A DNA stretch of 63,614 nt, counting the filler, from Nemertoderma westbladi (taxonomy: Eukaryota > Animalia > Xenacoelomorpha), in assembly GCA_032718475.1 (NCBI GenBank). It is 4 parts of 4 records of this genome, joined end to end, with 100 filler letters (N's around TTAATTAATTAA, not from the genome) between each part and the next. Parts side by side here need not be neighbours in the genome. Positions count along the whole stretch, not along the records: positions 24,334 to 44,784 come from JAUCBJ010002067.1; positions 44,885 to 58,035 come from JAUCBJ010000038.1; 2 more parts are not named here. The stretch is one strand, 5' to 3'. Numbering within the stretch: position 1 is the first letter of the stretch; every line of letters begins with the position of its first letter. Shown here in pieces: positions 36,901 through 49,491 of this stretch. The position numbers were made by a program, and so were the translations under genes. Under the pieces are notes generated by a model, which worked only from the letters and a program-made list of their open reading frames with translations, did not search any database and was not told the origin of the DNA.

Positions 36901-38248
36901 AATGGCAACCTGTCATGAGTTAAGGAGTAAAGAATATGGTTAGATAACCAGAGTACTCGACCTTGGGAGTAGTGTGGTGCCTTCCCTGCGTTACAGATAA
37001 TAGCCAAGATAATGGAGCCTTTGGGTTGTTGCCTCGGGTGTTTCTTCTTACACGTTTAAATATAACTTTACTTTACTTTTATGCAGTTCTTAGCCAAAAC
37101 TACATTTTCTAGACCATACTTTGATATAGTGGAGCGGAGATAGGTGTTGTTCGACTCTAAGTGACATCCTTCTTTTAAAACTGGCATAACAACCCGTTAC
37201 TATGGGAATATTAATGTTATTCTTATAATGTTACTATTTAGTTAGCTCAAATATAGCTCAAAATGTGGAGAAAAAGAAGTACCTACTTTTTTCCCTGGGG
37301 AATAATAGTTAATCATACAGTAGGCCTAGGATTGCATTGAACTTACTTTTCCCGGCGAAAGATGTAAATGTGAAAATATTTTTCGTGTTGAAAGAGCATC
37401 GAAATAGAAAATGTTTGTAGCTTTAAGTAATATATTTATATTAATATATATTCATATACATATAATATATATTATTAATAAACTTCATATATTCCAGAAC
37501 CATTAAATTAATTAACAATTTCCTAAGTACTAAATAATTATTTATACAGTACTAATAAATGTATTTAATGTGAACGATATACACCCCCCTTCTGGGGGTA
37601 GTGGATACATGACATGTCCACCAAAAATACTATTCAATTAATTCAGCCAAATTAGTTATATATCCAATTTGAAGTTTATGCAATGTTACTCCTAGCGGCC
37701 AATGTAAGAAAATAGGAATTTTAGAATGTAAACCATTTAAATAAGTTTGACATCAATATTCACTAACAAATTCAGGTGCTTTTTTGATGATCGAATCTTA
37801 CGGCGATTGGATGAATTAAGCATAGAGCTATACAACATACATGACACAGTAGGCCTAATGTTTTACCTTTGGAGCTTGGGTGTTATTATTCCCTTGGGCA
37901 AAATAACACCTATGCAATTAATGAATTAAAGTGAAACACACCGAAAATTTTCCAATGCCCTTGGGCAAAATCAATATAAACACCCCCAAAACTTTCCAAG
38001 CCCCATTTTGTAAACTCTCCCCCCAAACAATGCCCTTTTAGAATCTGTAAATAGTTGTTAAGGGAAAAAAATAATCGAAATGTATACCACAGTACATGTG
38101 TAACAACTTACTTATTCCCCAGAAGTTAGTTATTTTCCCAGTTATTTAACCCTTGGGCAGGAACACCCTCGGGCTTCGCCCTCGGGTTGTTTCCTGCCCG
38201 CGGGTTAAATAACTGGGAAAATAACTAACTTCTGGGGAATAAGCATAG
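33996..38248. mobile_element. Head-to-tail dimer of a 2.13-kb non-coding element with a long terminal hairpin (non-autonomous, possibly Crypton-like)
   Basis: Copy 1 at 33996-36122 and copy 2 at 36123-38248 are highly similar with small indels. Each ends in ..ttattccccagaagttagttattttcccagttatttaaccc..cgggcttcgccctcggg..gggttaaataactgggaaaataactaacttctggggaataag. Confidence 0.8.
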
Positions 38249-38661
38249 ATGTAGGCTGATGGCTGATGTTTTATATGATAACTAGCAGTGGCCGGTAAGT
38301 GTCGTGTCGAACCTTCAGGGTGGAGCTGGGCTTTCGCAATAAAACATTGGCAGCAATTCCTCGTTTGTTCAGTGAGCAGTGAAACTTGTAAGTAAATACG
38401 TTTGATTGAAAAAAAAAACTATTTGTATTATTATTAAACAAGTGTTTATTTATTAAATAATCGCGCACCTAAATCTAATTGCAATTACCTTTGTTTAAAA
38501 TACTTTTCTTGGTTATATACATATCCCGAAATTTCATACACAAAATCAGGAAAAATCGACCCAAGGAAATCTGTCTAATTGATGAAATTCTACAGGAATT
38601 AACTTAATACGATCAGATATTGATAAAATAGGCACTGAACTGTCCAGAGAAGGAGGCACCC

Positions 38662-39057
38662 AGGCACAAGGTACTACCGTAGTACTGAGTGCCTCGGCAC
38701 AATGTACTACCCGTCGTCAGGTACTACCGTAGTACTGAGTGCCTCGGCACAAGGTACTACCGTAGTACTGAGTGCCTCCGCACAAGGTACTACCCGTCAT
38801 CAGGTACTACCGTAGTACTGAGTGCCTCGGCACAAGGTACTACCCGTCATCAGGTACTACCGTAGTACTGAGTGCCTCGGCACAAGGTACTACCCGTCAT
38901 CAGGTACTACCGTAGTACTGAGTGCCTCGGCACAAGGTACTACCCGTCATCAGGTACTACCGTAGTACTGAGTGCCTCGGCACAAGGTACCCGTCATCAG
39001 GTACTACCGTAGTACTGAGTGCCTCGGCACAAGGTACCCGTCATCAGGTACTACCAT
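38662..39057. repeat. About 50-bp tandem repeat, about 8 copies
   Basis: Unit caggtactaccgtagtactgagtgcctcggcacaaggtactacccgtcat. Confidence 0.95.
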
Positions 39058-39301
39058 AGGTATAGTTTCGCACAGGTAGAATTTACAATGTTAATGATCA
39101 CTTAAAGGAAAGGACCTTTATTCTAACTAAAACAATAAACGAGAGACAATAACACAGGATACAGTTATATTGTTGATGATATGAAGCGAAATAATTAGGT
39201 AGGATTACTGTAGTACATCTAGGATGTTGGCCCTAGGTGGTACCAGTTTGCCAAGGCGGTCAATACTACCGACGGCAGGTAGTATTTGGGATAGTACTTA
39301 A

Positions 39302-40231
39302 GTCATATCTGAACCCAATCTGGACCCAATCTCGAGAATTATACCAAATCTGAACCCAATCTGAATCGAAAATAGAAAGAGAGGTGAAAATTGTTAATGT
39401 TTGCATTAACAATTTTGAAATTTGAAGAAATTTTACATATCTTTTTTCATATTTAAATTTGCGGGAGGCCGCTACACTACTGCTGTATTGGGGACTGCAG
39501 TTACTACTGTATTGTACTGATGTGCAGTCGTTAACGTTATAGGAGCTAACCTCTACCGGTAGGCGGCATCCCAACTGACAACTACGGCTGTACGGTTCTC
39601 GTAGCAGTTCGGTTTCTGTCTACCTTTGGGTAGGTCTACAGTAGGTTACTAGTGCCTGGTACAGGTCCCTACCGTACATCTGTCCACGTCCAGCTGTCTC
39701 TACATACATACATACGGTACCCTGCACTAGTAACCTACCGTAGACCTACCCAACGTTAGACCGAAACCGAACTGCTATGAGAACCGTACAGCAGTGTTCT
39801 GTAGTTGTCAGTTGGGATACCGCCTACTGGTAGAGGTTAGCTATAATAACGTTGACGACTGCACAGCAGTACAATACAGTAGTAACTGCAGTCTGCAATA
39901 CAGCAGTCCCCAATACAGCAGTAACTGCAGTCCCCAATACAGCAGTAACTGCAGTCCCCAATACAGCAGTAGTGCTGCGGCTGCCTGCAAATTTATATGA
40001 AAAAAGATATGTAAAATTTCTTCAAATTTCAAAATTGTAAATGCAAAAATTAATAATTTTCACCCCTCTTTTTATTTTCGATTCAGATTGGGTTCAGATT
40101 TGGTATAATTCTCGAGATTGGGTCCAGATTGGGTTCAGATTTGGTATAATTCTCGAGATTGGGTCCAGATTGGGTTCAGATTTGGTATAATTCTCGAGAT
40201 TGGGTTCAGATACTGTAGGTTCAGATATGAC
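39302..40231. mobile_element. Foldback element with long inverted arms, flanked by TTAA
   Basis: TTAA|gtcatatctgaacc ... ggttcagatatgac|TTAA. The left arm (about 39302-39655) is the reverse complement of the right arm (about 39724-40231), which carries extra internal tandem copies. Confidence 0.8.
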
Positions 40232-40389
40232 TTAAAGTCAGGTCAGGCCTCCAGATCCTGCTACCACTATGGCAGTAATGTGGTACTACCTGTAGCTGTC
40301 AGCCCAGTAGGGCAGACCCGATAAGCATAGCCTATGCATTATTTAGTTGATCAAGAGTGGGTTGGTTTTAGCCCTGTCAACTAAATCAA

Positions 40390-41685
40390 GTCATAGAGGG
40401 CTATAGCGCCTCGGGCACCATTGAAGGCAATGGCTTGAGTATGCATCTATGCAATAGAGATATACACGCCCTGCTCTGTCTATACTGGATGCTCCTCTAC
40501 CAGTGTGTTAGGTAACCTAACCCAGGAGGCACACTTGGTTCAGTGTGTAACAAAAGGACTCCTACAGTCGGCAGCAGGGCTGTAGGCCATGGATAGGTGG
40601 AAGATAATCAACCAATGATTAGACATGCTGACAAGGTCGGCGGAAGGTAATCAACCAACAGCGACCTACTGCGAAGACGCTTGTAGGAGTTGCGACCACA
40701 AGCAGTTTACTCTCGCAACTGAAAGATATGAGTATGAGAACCCTCCAGGAGAATTACCTTCTCGGTCATCGCCCAGGTCAACAAGGACCGCGTCCCTCAG
40801 TGGTACACCAGGCGCAGGCTGGGGTCGATAAATTGGCTACTGGAACAGAAGACAGAGAAGAAAGAAGAACCAACCTGTTGAAATGTAAAAAGACACTAAA
40901 GATTGCTACAATGAACGCACGCACGCTGAAAGCACATACCAAACAGGGTGACATGGTCGCTTGGCAATGGAGTATAACATTAACATCATCTGCATCCAAG
41001 AACATTGGATTTGTCATGAAGACACTGCCATGAAGTACAATGACATTGGAAATGGATGGACGTTAGTAACAAGCTCAGCAGTAAGAAACTCGGCCAATGC
41101 ATCAATTGGTGGAGTAGGAATTCTGCTAAGCCCATTTGCACTTAAGACCCCAAACAACATCGAATCTATAAATTTCAGGGTTATGAACGCAACATTTGAT
41201 GGGAATTGACAGTTATATGTTGCTACAGTCCAACCAATGCCTCAGAGCCAGAACAAGCAGTCAAGTTTTATGAAGATCTGACTGGACTTATAAAGGACAT
41301 TCCGAAACACAATATTAAAGTTATTGCTGGTGACCTGAATGCGCAAATTGGCCCAGAAGACATCAAGGGTTACACCTATAACACCGGTTCTAACAGAAAT
41401 GGGTACTTACTTTTAGACGTAATGGAAGAATGTGAATTGATACCAACAAACAACACATTCGAAAAGAGTAAGGGGAAGCTATGGACCTTTCAATACCCTA
41501 ATAGAACCAAAGCACAACTTGATTACATTATTATAAACAGCTCGTTCAACCTAATTGGTTTGGACCACAGAATTGTGATTACAGAGATCAGACTCAGTTT
41601 GAGAGCCAGCAAACCCAGGACAAGCAAGCAAATCAAATATGGCTGGGAGAAACTCAGAACTAACAATGCTGTAAAGGATTGTAAA
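40390..41685 (+). mobile_element. 5' part of an RTE-clade LINE (putative UTR + frameshifted APE endonuclease), RT missing
   Basis: LKIATMNARTL, NINIICIQEH, GGVGILLS, VICCYSPTN, IAGDLNAQIG, NRNG and KAQLDYIII are APE motifs split over three frames. Confidence 0.88.
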
Positions 41686-43229
41686 AGCCTTTGCTGAATT
41701 GCCCCGTTATTTTTATTATTTTTACATTAAAATACTCTGTAGTTGATTTAATAGGTGTAAGAGACCGTATTATTGCTGTATCGGTGTTTTTTAGAGGATC
41801 TAAGAGCTATTTCCTCCGTATGTGTACTGTGGAAGGCATAGTTGATGATTCTATGGCAATTCCGTGACGCAAAAGGTGATAGCTACTCTTGAACAGTAGT
41901 TACTATGACGACGGTTAACAGCTGATATTCATACGTGTTGATTTTCTTTGTTCTACGGCGTCTCTCAGTTCAGTCAGCCAATCAGAGCATTTTTATGGCT
42001 CTTGTACAGAAATTTCCTAGAAATCACTCAATGCTTTATGTGCAGTGTTTACATTCTGTCCTGAGCCAGGAGAGAGCGGCTTGGAAATATTTTGTGCTTT
42101 TCTGTTTTAGCCTAACACTAGTAGGCTTAATTATAAGGACATATATCCGTTATCACACTGAATCACTGTGCAACTCAACTAAACAAACCAAATCTGCATG
42201 TACCATTCACACTGGACTTTTATATTGTTATACTGCTATTTACTGTCGGTTCTTCATAATATGGTTGATGAATTATTATATTTGGAATAACGATAAATAA
42301 CCCTAAACCCCAATATTCTTGATATACCGAAGGTAAGAGAGAAAGGTTACATATAACGATTGTGACTTATGTTAAAGTGGTTTGAAGTGAATCTAATGTT
42401 ATTTGATAGACCCTACATGAGTCAGTCTGTGTTCCTTTTATATGTGACTAAAATCAGTGAAGATCGGCAGATTAGTGTGCAGTATTGTGCAGCATTGTGT
42501 ATGAGTGAGACTGATAACGAAGCATTTCCTAAAGAATGCGCCATATATGTGAATTATAACTAAGCCATATCGTTGTGAGTAGTTTAAGTCATAACTCTGT
42601 TTATATAGGTAGAGCGCCACGTCCTAAAGGAACTGTTAATATTTCCCGAAGGTTAATAATATTGTCAGAGATTATATAATACTGTCAGTCGAATAATACA
42701 TTAGGCCTACATAGCAATACGATTAAGCCGTCGAACCCAATCTCCCGGGTATATCCAGCGGGTGAATGATCGCGCACAGATTGGTTTCGACTAGTGTAGT
42801 GAATCAAATACTTGTCATAGGCTAAAAGCGAATTATTATCTAGAAGACATCCTAATTTGGCGGGTTAAACTGCCAAAGGTCTGAAAGCACGAACAATAAC
42901 GGATATTGCTTCTTTATTGCAGTAAGCAATAAAGTTGAAAGTACCGGTCAACCGGTAAACCTGAACGGTACATCTGTAGGTCAGTAGGCCCAACTGCCAG
43001 AACCGGTACTTCTGTAGGTCCGTAGGCCCAACTGTCCTAACCGGTACTTCCAGTATAAGTACATTAGTATTATTCGAATTTGATAATTATATACCGGTAG
43101 GTCTTAGTACTTAATCAGGGAACGGCCGCCCTGGTTTTTTATTGAGATTTTTACTTATTTCTGTCAAGTTTTATTTGTTTGTAGGCCAGTATTGAACAGA
43201 AGGCGTGTAAGCCTGATCAGATTATACAG

Positions 43230-44370
43230 ACAATTTGTAGGCTGAGCTGTTGTCTGATTGCTGTTAAGTCTGAACGGATTGTAGTGTGTGTAGATCACCT
43301 GTCCGATAAAGAACGGTTAGGAAGTAGGGGCAGCCAAAGCTGTAAGGTAAACCCCCAACTAAAGAATAAGTCGTACTACTTGGTTAGAACGCATACTACC
43401 TAATCATTTCGGAGTCTGCATGTCCTGTAGTTTATTTAGGCTTGAGAGTAGTCTGCCATCGTTTAGTCTGTACTTTGTTTGTGTAGTCTGTACAGGTAGC
43501 GTATAATATTTATTTAGATAATTTGTAGGCTGGATAGTTGTCTGGCTGTTGTTAGGTCTGAACGGATTGCAGTGTATGTAGAGCCTCTGTCCGATAAAGA
43601 ACGGTTAGGAAGTAGGGGCAGCCAAAGCTGTAAGGTAAACCCCCAACTAAAGAATAAGTCGTACTACTGGGTTAGAACGCATACTACCTAATCATTTCGG
43701 AGTCTGCATGTCCTGTAGTTTATTTAGGCTTGATAGTAGTCTGTCAGTATTTGGTCTGCATTTTGTTTGAGTGGTTTGTACGCGTAGCGTAATATTTATT
43801 ATTCAGAGTTTATGCGATTATTCGCAACATTCATTCCCCAAGTTTGTTCCTACAATAATTGTGTTATTGTGATAATATTATTGTGATAATTGTGATACTA
43901 ACTAATCATTTCGGAGTCTGCATATACTGTAGTTTATTTAGGCTTGATAGTAGTCTGCCATTGTTTGGTCTGTACTTTGTTTGTGTAGTCTGTACAGGTA
44001 GCGTATAATTCCTATTTAGGTAATTTGTAGGCTGGATAGTTGTCTGGCTGTTGTTAGGTCTGAGGAAATTTCGGTGTGTGTAGAGTGTATGTCCGATAAA
44101 GTGCCAGTTGGGAACGTAGGGGCTTCCAGAGCTGTGAGGTAAACCCCCTCGAAAGAATAAGTCGTACTACTCGGTTAGAACGCATACTAACTAACCATTT
44201 CGGAGTCTGCATATACCGTAGTTTGTTTAGGCTTGATAGTAGTCTGTCAGTATTTGGTCTGCATTTTGTTTGAGTAGTCTGTACGCGTAGCGTAATATTT
44301 ATTATTCAGAGTTTATGCGATTATTCGCAACATTCATTCCCAAAGTTTATTCCTACAGTAATTGTGCTTG
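43230..44370. repeat. Long-unit tandem repeat (about 288-bp and about 502-bp periods)
   Basis: gtccgataaag..gtagggg..ggtaaacccc..aagaataagtcgtactac..ggttagaacgcatacta occurs at about 43301, 43589 and 44091. Confidence 0.85.
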
Positions 44371-44784
44371 TTATATATACCGTTACAGTTAAACTAACCC
44401 CGGTACTACATCAGGGCTGCTTGGCGTAGGTAAAGACTGGAGATTTTATGCTTTGGTCACTCCGGCAGATACCGTGGTTCTTTTAGCTGTTCAAGAATAT
44501 TTAACTACTGATTATATGTTGTACAAGTACTCGTACCTAATTTAGGGTTTAGTGTACAGTGCTTTCCGAAAGTAATTAGTGTAGACATTATATTTGTGTT
44601 GTAAAGTGGTTGATAGGCACGTTCGATTAGCTCTATTAACTTCTAGGTAGGAACACTCCGTGATACATAACGAAGTACCTATAGCGATACGGCTATAGGT
44701 CGTCAGGCGGTGGTATTTTCCTATCTGGACAACGCAGTGTATTTACTACTACTTATTATTTTCAAATACCGTAGTACCCTGTCC

Positions 44785-44884
44785 NNNNNNNNNNNNNNNN
44801 NNNNNNNNNNNNNNNNNNNNNNNNNNNNTTAATTAATTAANNNNNNNNNNNNNNNNNNNNNNNNNNNNNNNNNNNNNNNNNNNN
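44785..44884. other. Assembly gap with TTAATTAATTAA linker
   Basis: Same 100-bp design as the other two gaps. Confidence 0.95.
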
Positions 44885-44895
44885 TCCTACTACTA

Positions 44896-45232
44896 GCATG
44901 GCATGCAGACGGCTATGATAAATTGAAGCCGTATGGTTTTCCAATTCATGCATGTAGTGATGGGTGGTCGCGGATGATACTGTGGCTAAAGGTAACGCCT
45001 TCTAATAATAATCCTAATATTATCTGTGATTTTTTTTTGGATGCTGTAACAACCCATGGTGCACCTGTTCGTCTCGAGACAGACCGCGGAACAGAGAATG
45101 GTTTAATGGCCGCTGCGCAGTGTTTTTTCCGTCAGACTTCGAATGCACACCGTTATGTTACCTCGACTCACAACGAGAGAATCGAGAGCTACTGGTCTCA
45201 ATTACAAACATCCTGGGCTGAATGGCGCATGA
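44896..45232 (+). mobile_element. IS3EU-type DDE transposase (integrase core) fragment
   Basis: WHADGYDKLKPYGFPIHACSDGWSRMILWL..SNNNP..ETDRGTEN..STHNERIESYW. Truncated by the gap on the left and by a repeat on the right. Confidence 0.8.
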
Positions 45233-45235
45233 CGT

Positions 45236-45620
45236 GGGGTGCCACATCACAATGGTGGGGGGGGGGGGGCAATCACAATGGTGGAGGGGGGGGGGCTGCC
45301 ACAATCACAATAGCGGGGGGGGCTGCCACAACCACAATGGTGGGGGGTGAGGCTGCCACAATTACAATGGTGGGGGGGGGGGGGCTGCCACAATCACAAT
45401 GGTGAGGGGGGCTGCCACAATCACAATGGTGGGGGGGGGGGGCAATCACAATGGTGGAGGGGGGGGGCTGCCACAATCACAATAGCGGGGGGGGGGCTGC
45501 CACAATCACAATGGTGGGGGGGGAGGCTGCCACAATCACAATGGTGGGGGGGGGGGCTGCCGCAATCACAATGGTGAGGGGGGCTGCCACAATCACAATG
45601 GTGGGGGGGGGGCTGCCCTG
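45236..45620. repeat. G-run minisatellite (GCTGCCACAATCACAATGGT-Gn)
   Basis: About 13 units of roughly 28-32 bp with variable poly-G length. Confidence 0.9.
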
Positions 45621-45674
45621 GGGCTGCCCCAGGGTGGTGCCCTGAATGGCACCACCCTGGGCTACATATGGAAA

Positions 45675-45860
45675 AATAACCGCGCTCGCGCTCATGAGAT
45701 ACCGCACGCACGTCTAACACACATAATACCGCGCGCGCACACATAAAATACCGCGCGCGCGCACACCAAATACCGCACGCACAAACATAATACCGCGCGC
45801 GCACACATATATTGATAATACCGCGCGCGCACACATAAAACACCACGCGCGCGCGCATCC
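45675..45860. repeat. Short tandem repeat (AATACCGCGCGCGCACACAT)
   Basis: About 8 diverged copies of roughly 21-26 bp. Confidence 0.8.
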
Positions 45861-47169
45861 TGCAAATATTTTGTGTAAGTAAGGAGTGGCCACTATGGGC
45901 CACCGTAGTAGTACAGACAATGTGCGACAACTACCATGACGCGCGCGCAAAAGTGAACAAAAAAAATATTCAACTGTCAAAAATTAAACGGCATTTACAT
46001 AAACTACCAACCCCAACCCCCCGACACTACCTCAATTTGCAGAAAACTGAAATTATTGGATAGATATATGGTTTCTAATCTTCGAATAATCGATTAGAAA
46101 CAGTTTACAATTTATTATTTTTAATAAATTATAATTATGAATTATCTAATATGGTTGTAAATAAGATCAAATATATAGATTTTAAAAATCGAATTAATAT
46201 TTTTTGGTGATCGCTTAAAGTTATATAGGATACTCCTAAGTCTTAATGCATTATATATTCTCTTATTATACTCAAACGATTACATCTCAGTTTGTATAGA
46301 GTATTGTAGGTGTTGGGCCGTAGGGTGTAGGCATAGGGTAGGTAAGGTAGGCTAACCACTCCAGCCCCCCCCCCCCCCCCCCCCTCCCCTCCTCTCTCCA
46401 CAGAGTATGCACAAGGAACGCCATGTGATTGGACAAAGCGAATTTTTTTTAACCTGGGCAGCTACAAATGCCGCTAAATCCACGCTAAATTGCCGCTAAG
46501 GAACCGCTAAAAACCGGATAATTATCCCGCTAAAAACACCGCTATAGCGGGGACCACTTTTACGGCGATTATCCGGATATTATCTTATAAAAATAGCGGG
46601 ATATTAGCAGGATGGTACATCCCGCTATTAGCGTGCTAATCGCTGGATATGTATTTGCTGGGACCCACACGTTGGTAATTATTAATAAATGAAGCATTAA
46701 AAATATTTAGAAAACATATCTTTATATTGCCTGTAGGCCCCACCTCGCATGGAAGTATTACACACTAGTACTGTATACTGTAGGCCTACTGTAGGGATTC
46801 GGTTAGGTAATATTGTGTTGATTATTCTACAAAATCCATAGAATATTCCATGGGATTGGTGCCAGAGATTTTCAGAACTCTGTTTGAATTTCCCCTTTTT
46901 TCAAACTTATTTCTGTTACATATCTTTTAAATTCCGTAGTGATAAGGGAATCTGCGGGTAACTTGAATATTCTGGGCAAAATTACTTTCTTTGGCCATAC
47001 CGATTAGGCCTACAAATCGATTACTGTACGTGTGTTCTTATGGAGTCCTATAATACCCGCTTGAGGAAGGTTAATTTAATTTTGTCCAACGAGTGAAAAT
47101 TTACGTTGACGATAATAGAAAATTGGTGATAATAACTTGGGATCTTATGTGTATTCTGACACGAGGCTG

Positions 47170-47510
47170 AGGAGACCTTGGGCGTGTCCGTGTGTTATCT
47201 ATCAACTAATCTCGAAAAATCTGACCTGATGAACTACAGAAATAAAGAAATTTTAGAAATAAAGACTAATCTGAACTTTAATGTTCCCGCGTTTGAAGTA
47301 TTTATTAGCAAGGGAAACAGGGACGTAGTGGCCTTGATTGTAAACTGTGGTTTTATAGGATATGTCGCTTCTATTAGAAGTGAAAAGGAAGCGGTGTGCG
47401 TTAATCTCAAGGGATTCCAGTCGGTACTATTAGGAGGTTGTTATCTCTCCCCCTTCTAGCTCCCCATTCTTTGATGTCGCTCAATTCGGCCAACTACAAG
47501 GACGTATTCG
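47170..47510 (+). mobile_element. Degenerate APE endonuclease fragment of a LINE
   Basis: ILEIKTNLNFNVPAFEVF..VALIV..VLLGGCYLSP / SSPFFDVAQF resembles the N-terminal APE region of invertebrate LINE ORF2. Confidence 0.5.
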
Positions 47511-49046
47511 TACAGCGACGGAAGATAATATATTTATTTAAACTCAAGATTAGGCGATTTATAACCATCCACCGAGTTATATAGTTACAGTTATATACAG
47601 TAGGACGATTCCAAACTAGAGATTTCAGCTTTATACTGAACATCTTCAGACTATTACCTCAAACCTTTCACTTAGAATTTCAATTCCAGATTTCTGTTTC
47701 CACCACGTACTACTACGCGGTATTAAATTCAAATTGTAGTTATCAATATTATTTTAAATGTTGTGCTTTGATATATTTGCTTTTAAATTTTGTGCTATCT
47801 CGTAGAGAATATTTGGATAAATTACTTAATAGTGGGGTCGCTTAAGGTGAAAATCGTTAATTACCGGACAAAAGCATGAAAATGTCACTATATAATATGT
47901 AAAAAAATGCGTAGATTAATCTGAGCCTGTGTACCAAAAAAATTGACTACTTCCCTAGCAACAGCGTGACTTTTTCATAGCAACCAGGTAAAATTTGTAG
48001 TTTCTGTTATTGAAACTTGCCATATACAAAAATTACGATTATATAACTGGGTTAGTTTATAATATAAGCCTGTACACGTTTCCATAGCAACAAGGATACC
48101 TTTACCTAGCAACCGCTCTATAATTAATGAAGTTATGATTGAAACTTGGGATAATCAACCTGACTAGCAATAGAAGATTGTTAGTAATAACATTGGCGCT
48201 GATACACGTGTCCATATCAACAAGGTTACCTTTCCCTAGGAACTGCCTGAAGTTTAGTGTAATTAAGATTGAAACTGGGGATAAAAAGCATTTATAGCAA
48301 TATAAAATGGTTAGTATGTAGTTGTATTGGAGCTGTGACGCACGTTTCCATAGAAACAAAAGGTGATATCCATATTATTTAAAAAATATTGCACTTTTGG
48401 CTTTATGAGGATAATGTGTTTATACATCAAATACACAGCCAGAAAACTGTAAATTAAAATTATTTAGTATTATAATTATACCAATTCTTTTAATTATACG
48501 AATCATATGTGATTGAAATACAGTGTGTCTAACAAGCAGTTGGAATAAATTATTGAAGTTGGAAGTATTTCTTACAGATTTTTTAGAGAAATATATCAAC
48601 ATTGTATTATTATATTATTATTATTATGGGGTCAGTTCCGCCCGTGGCTACATTTTTGGATTTTTAACCCTACTTTTATACTTTTACAATTACAACTGTA
48701 GTTTTATAAACACACATTATCCCCATAAGCCTAAAGTGAAATATTTTTATTGAATCGTGTATCAGCTCTAATATACAGTACATAACTACTAACAATCTTA
48801 TATTGCTATTCCGGTTGATTATCCCACATTTCAATCAGAATTGCAGGCAGTTGCTATAGAAAGGTCACTTTGTTGCTAAGGAAACGTGTACCAGCGCCGA
48901 TGTCACTAATAATCATCTATATTACTTATATTACGTAGTGCATTCTTTATGCAGGTTGACATGGTGCCCTACACTAGCTATGCTATGGGGCCCACGTCAA
49001 TCATTATGCAATCTATGGAAATAAATGAATTGAATTAATTGCGGTT

Positions 49047-49491
49047 TGTGAGAGTTCACCCCAGGTCCCGGGATTCAGGGTCGATATGGTTTGTCGTAAA
49101 TATACAATTTCTTAAAGTTACAGACTTTATTTTCATTTGCTAAAAGTATCAGCGACAATACATACGGAAATACTACATAAATACAAAAACAAAACCTACA
49201 CCAACCCACAACCTCGGACTCTACACTCTCGGTATAGTACTGCCTATATCAAACCCCGTGCACAGAGCTCCAAATAGATGTAAACCACAGCTGTTTTACC
49301 TGTTAAGTGAATACAGGCTGTTAGCGGTAAGCCTAACAATAGGCTGTTAAGTGAATACAGGCTGTTAGCGGTAAGACTAACAATAGAGTGACACATTTCC
49401 CTCTGGGTCCACAATAGAGCTCTGCACAATATCCCAAATCAACTCAACCAATATCCCCAGGATGAGGCAGCCTATGAGACGTACTATCACA
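49047..49491 (-). mobile_element. 3' LTR of a Gypsy element, with polypurine tract
   Basis: On the minus strand a PPT (aaggaggggggaga, about 49505-49492) abuts TGTGATAGT...ACTCTCACA (inverted TG..CA termini). AATAAA lies inside, and the LTR is downstream of the Gypsy pol. Confidence 0.8.

Noticed and set aside
38662-39057. CRISPR array (palindromic repeats)
   Set aside because: No variable spacers; it is a simple tandem repeat.
42350-42880. LTR plus PBS (TGGCG near 42858) upstream of the long tandem units
   Set aside because: No second LTR, no clear TG..CA ends, and no verifiable tRNA match.
46465-46662. CACTA/CMC-type end (ccgcta repeats, ..tttgctggg)
   Set aside because: No partner TIR was found in the contig, so boundaries cannot be supported.
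47840-48890. Cluster of (C)TAGCAAC X-box-like motifs as an RFX enhancer
   Set aside because: No adjacent gene start; more likely the interior of an undefined non-autonomous DNA transposon.
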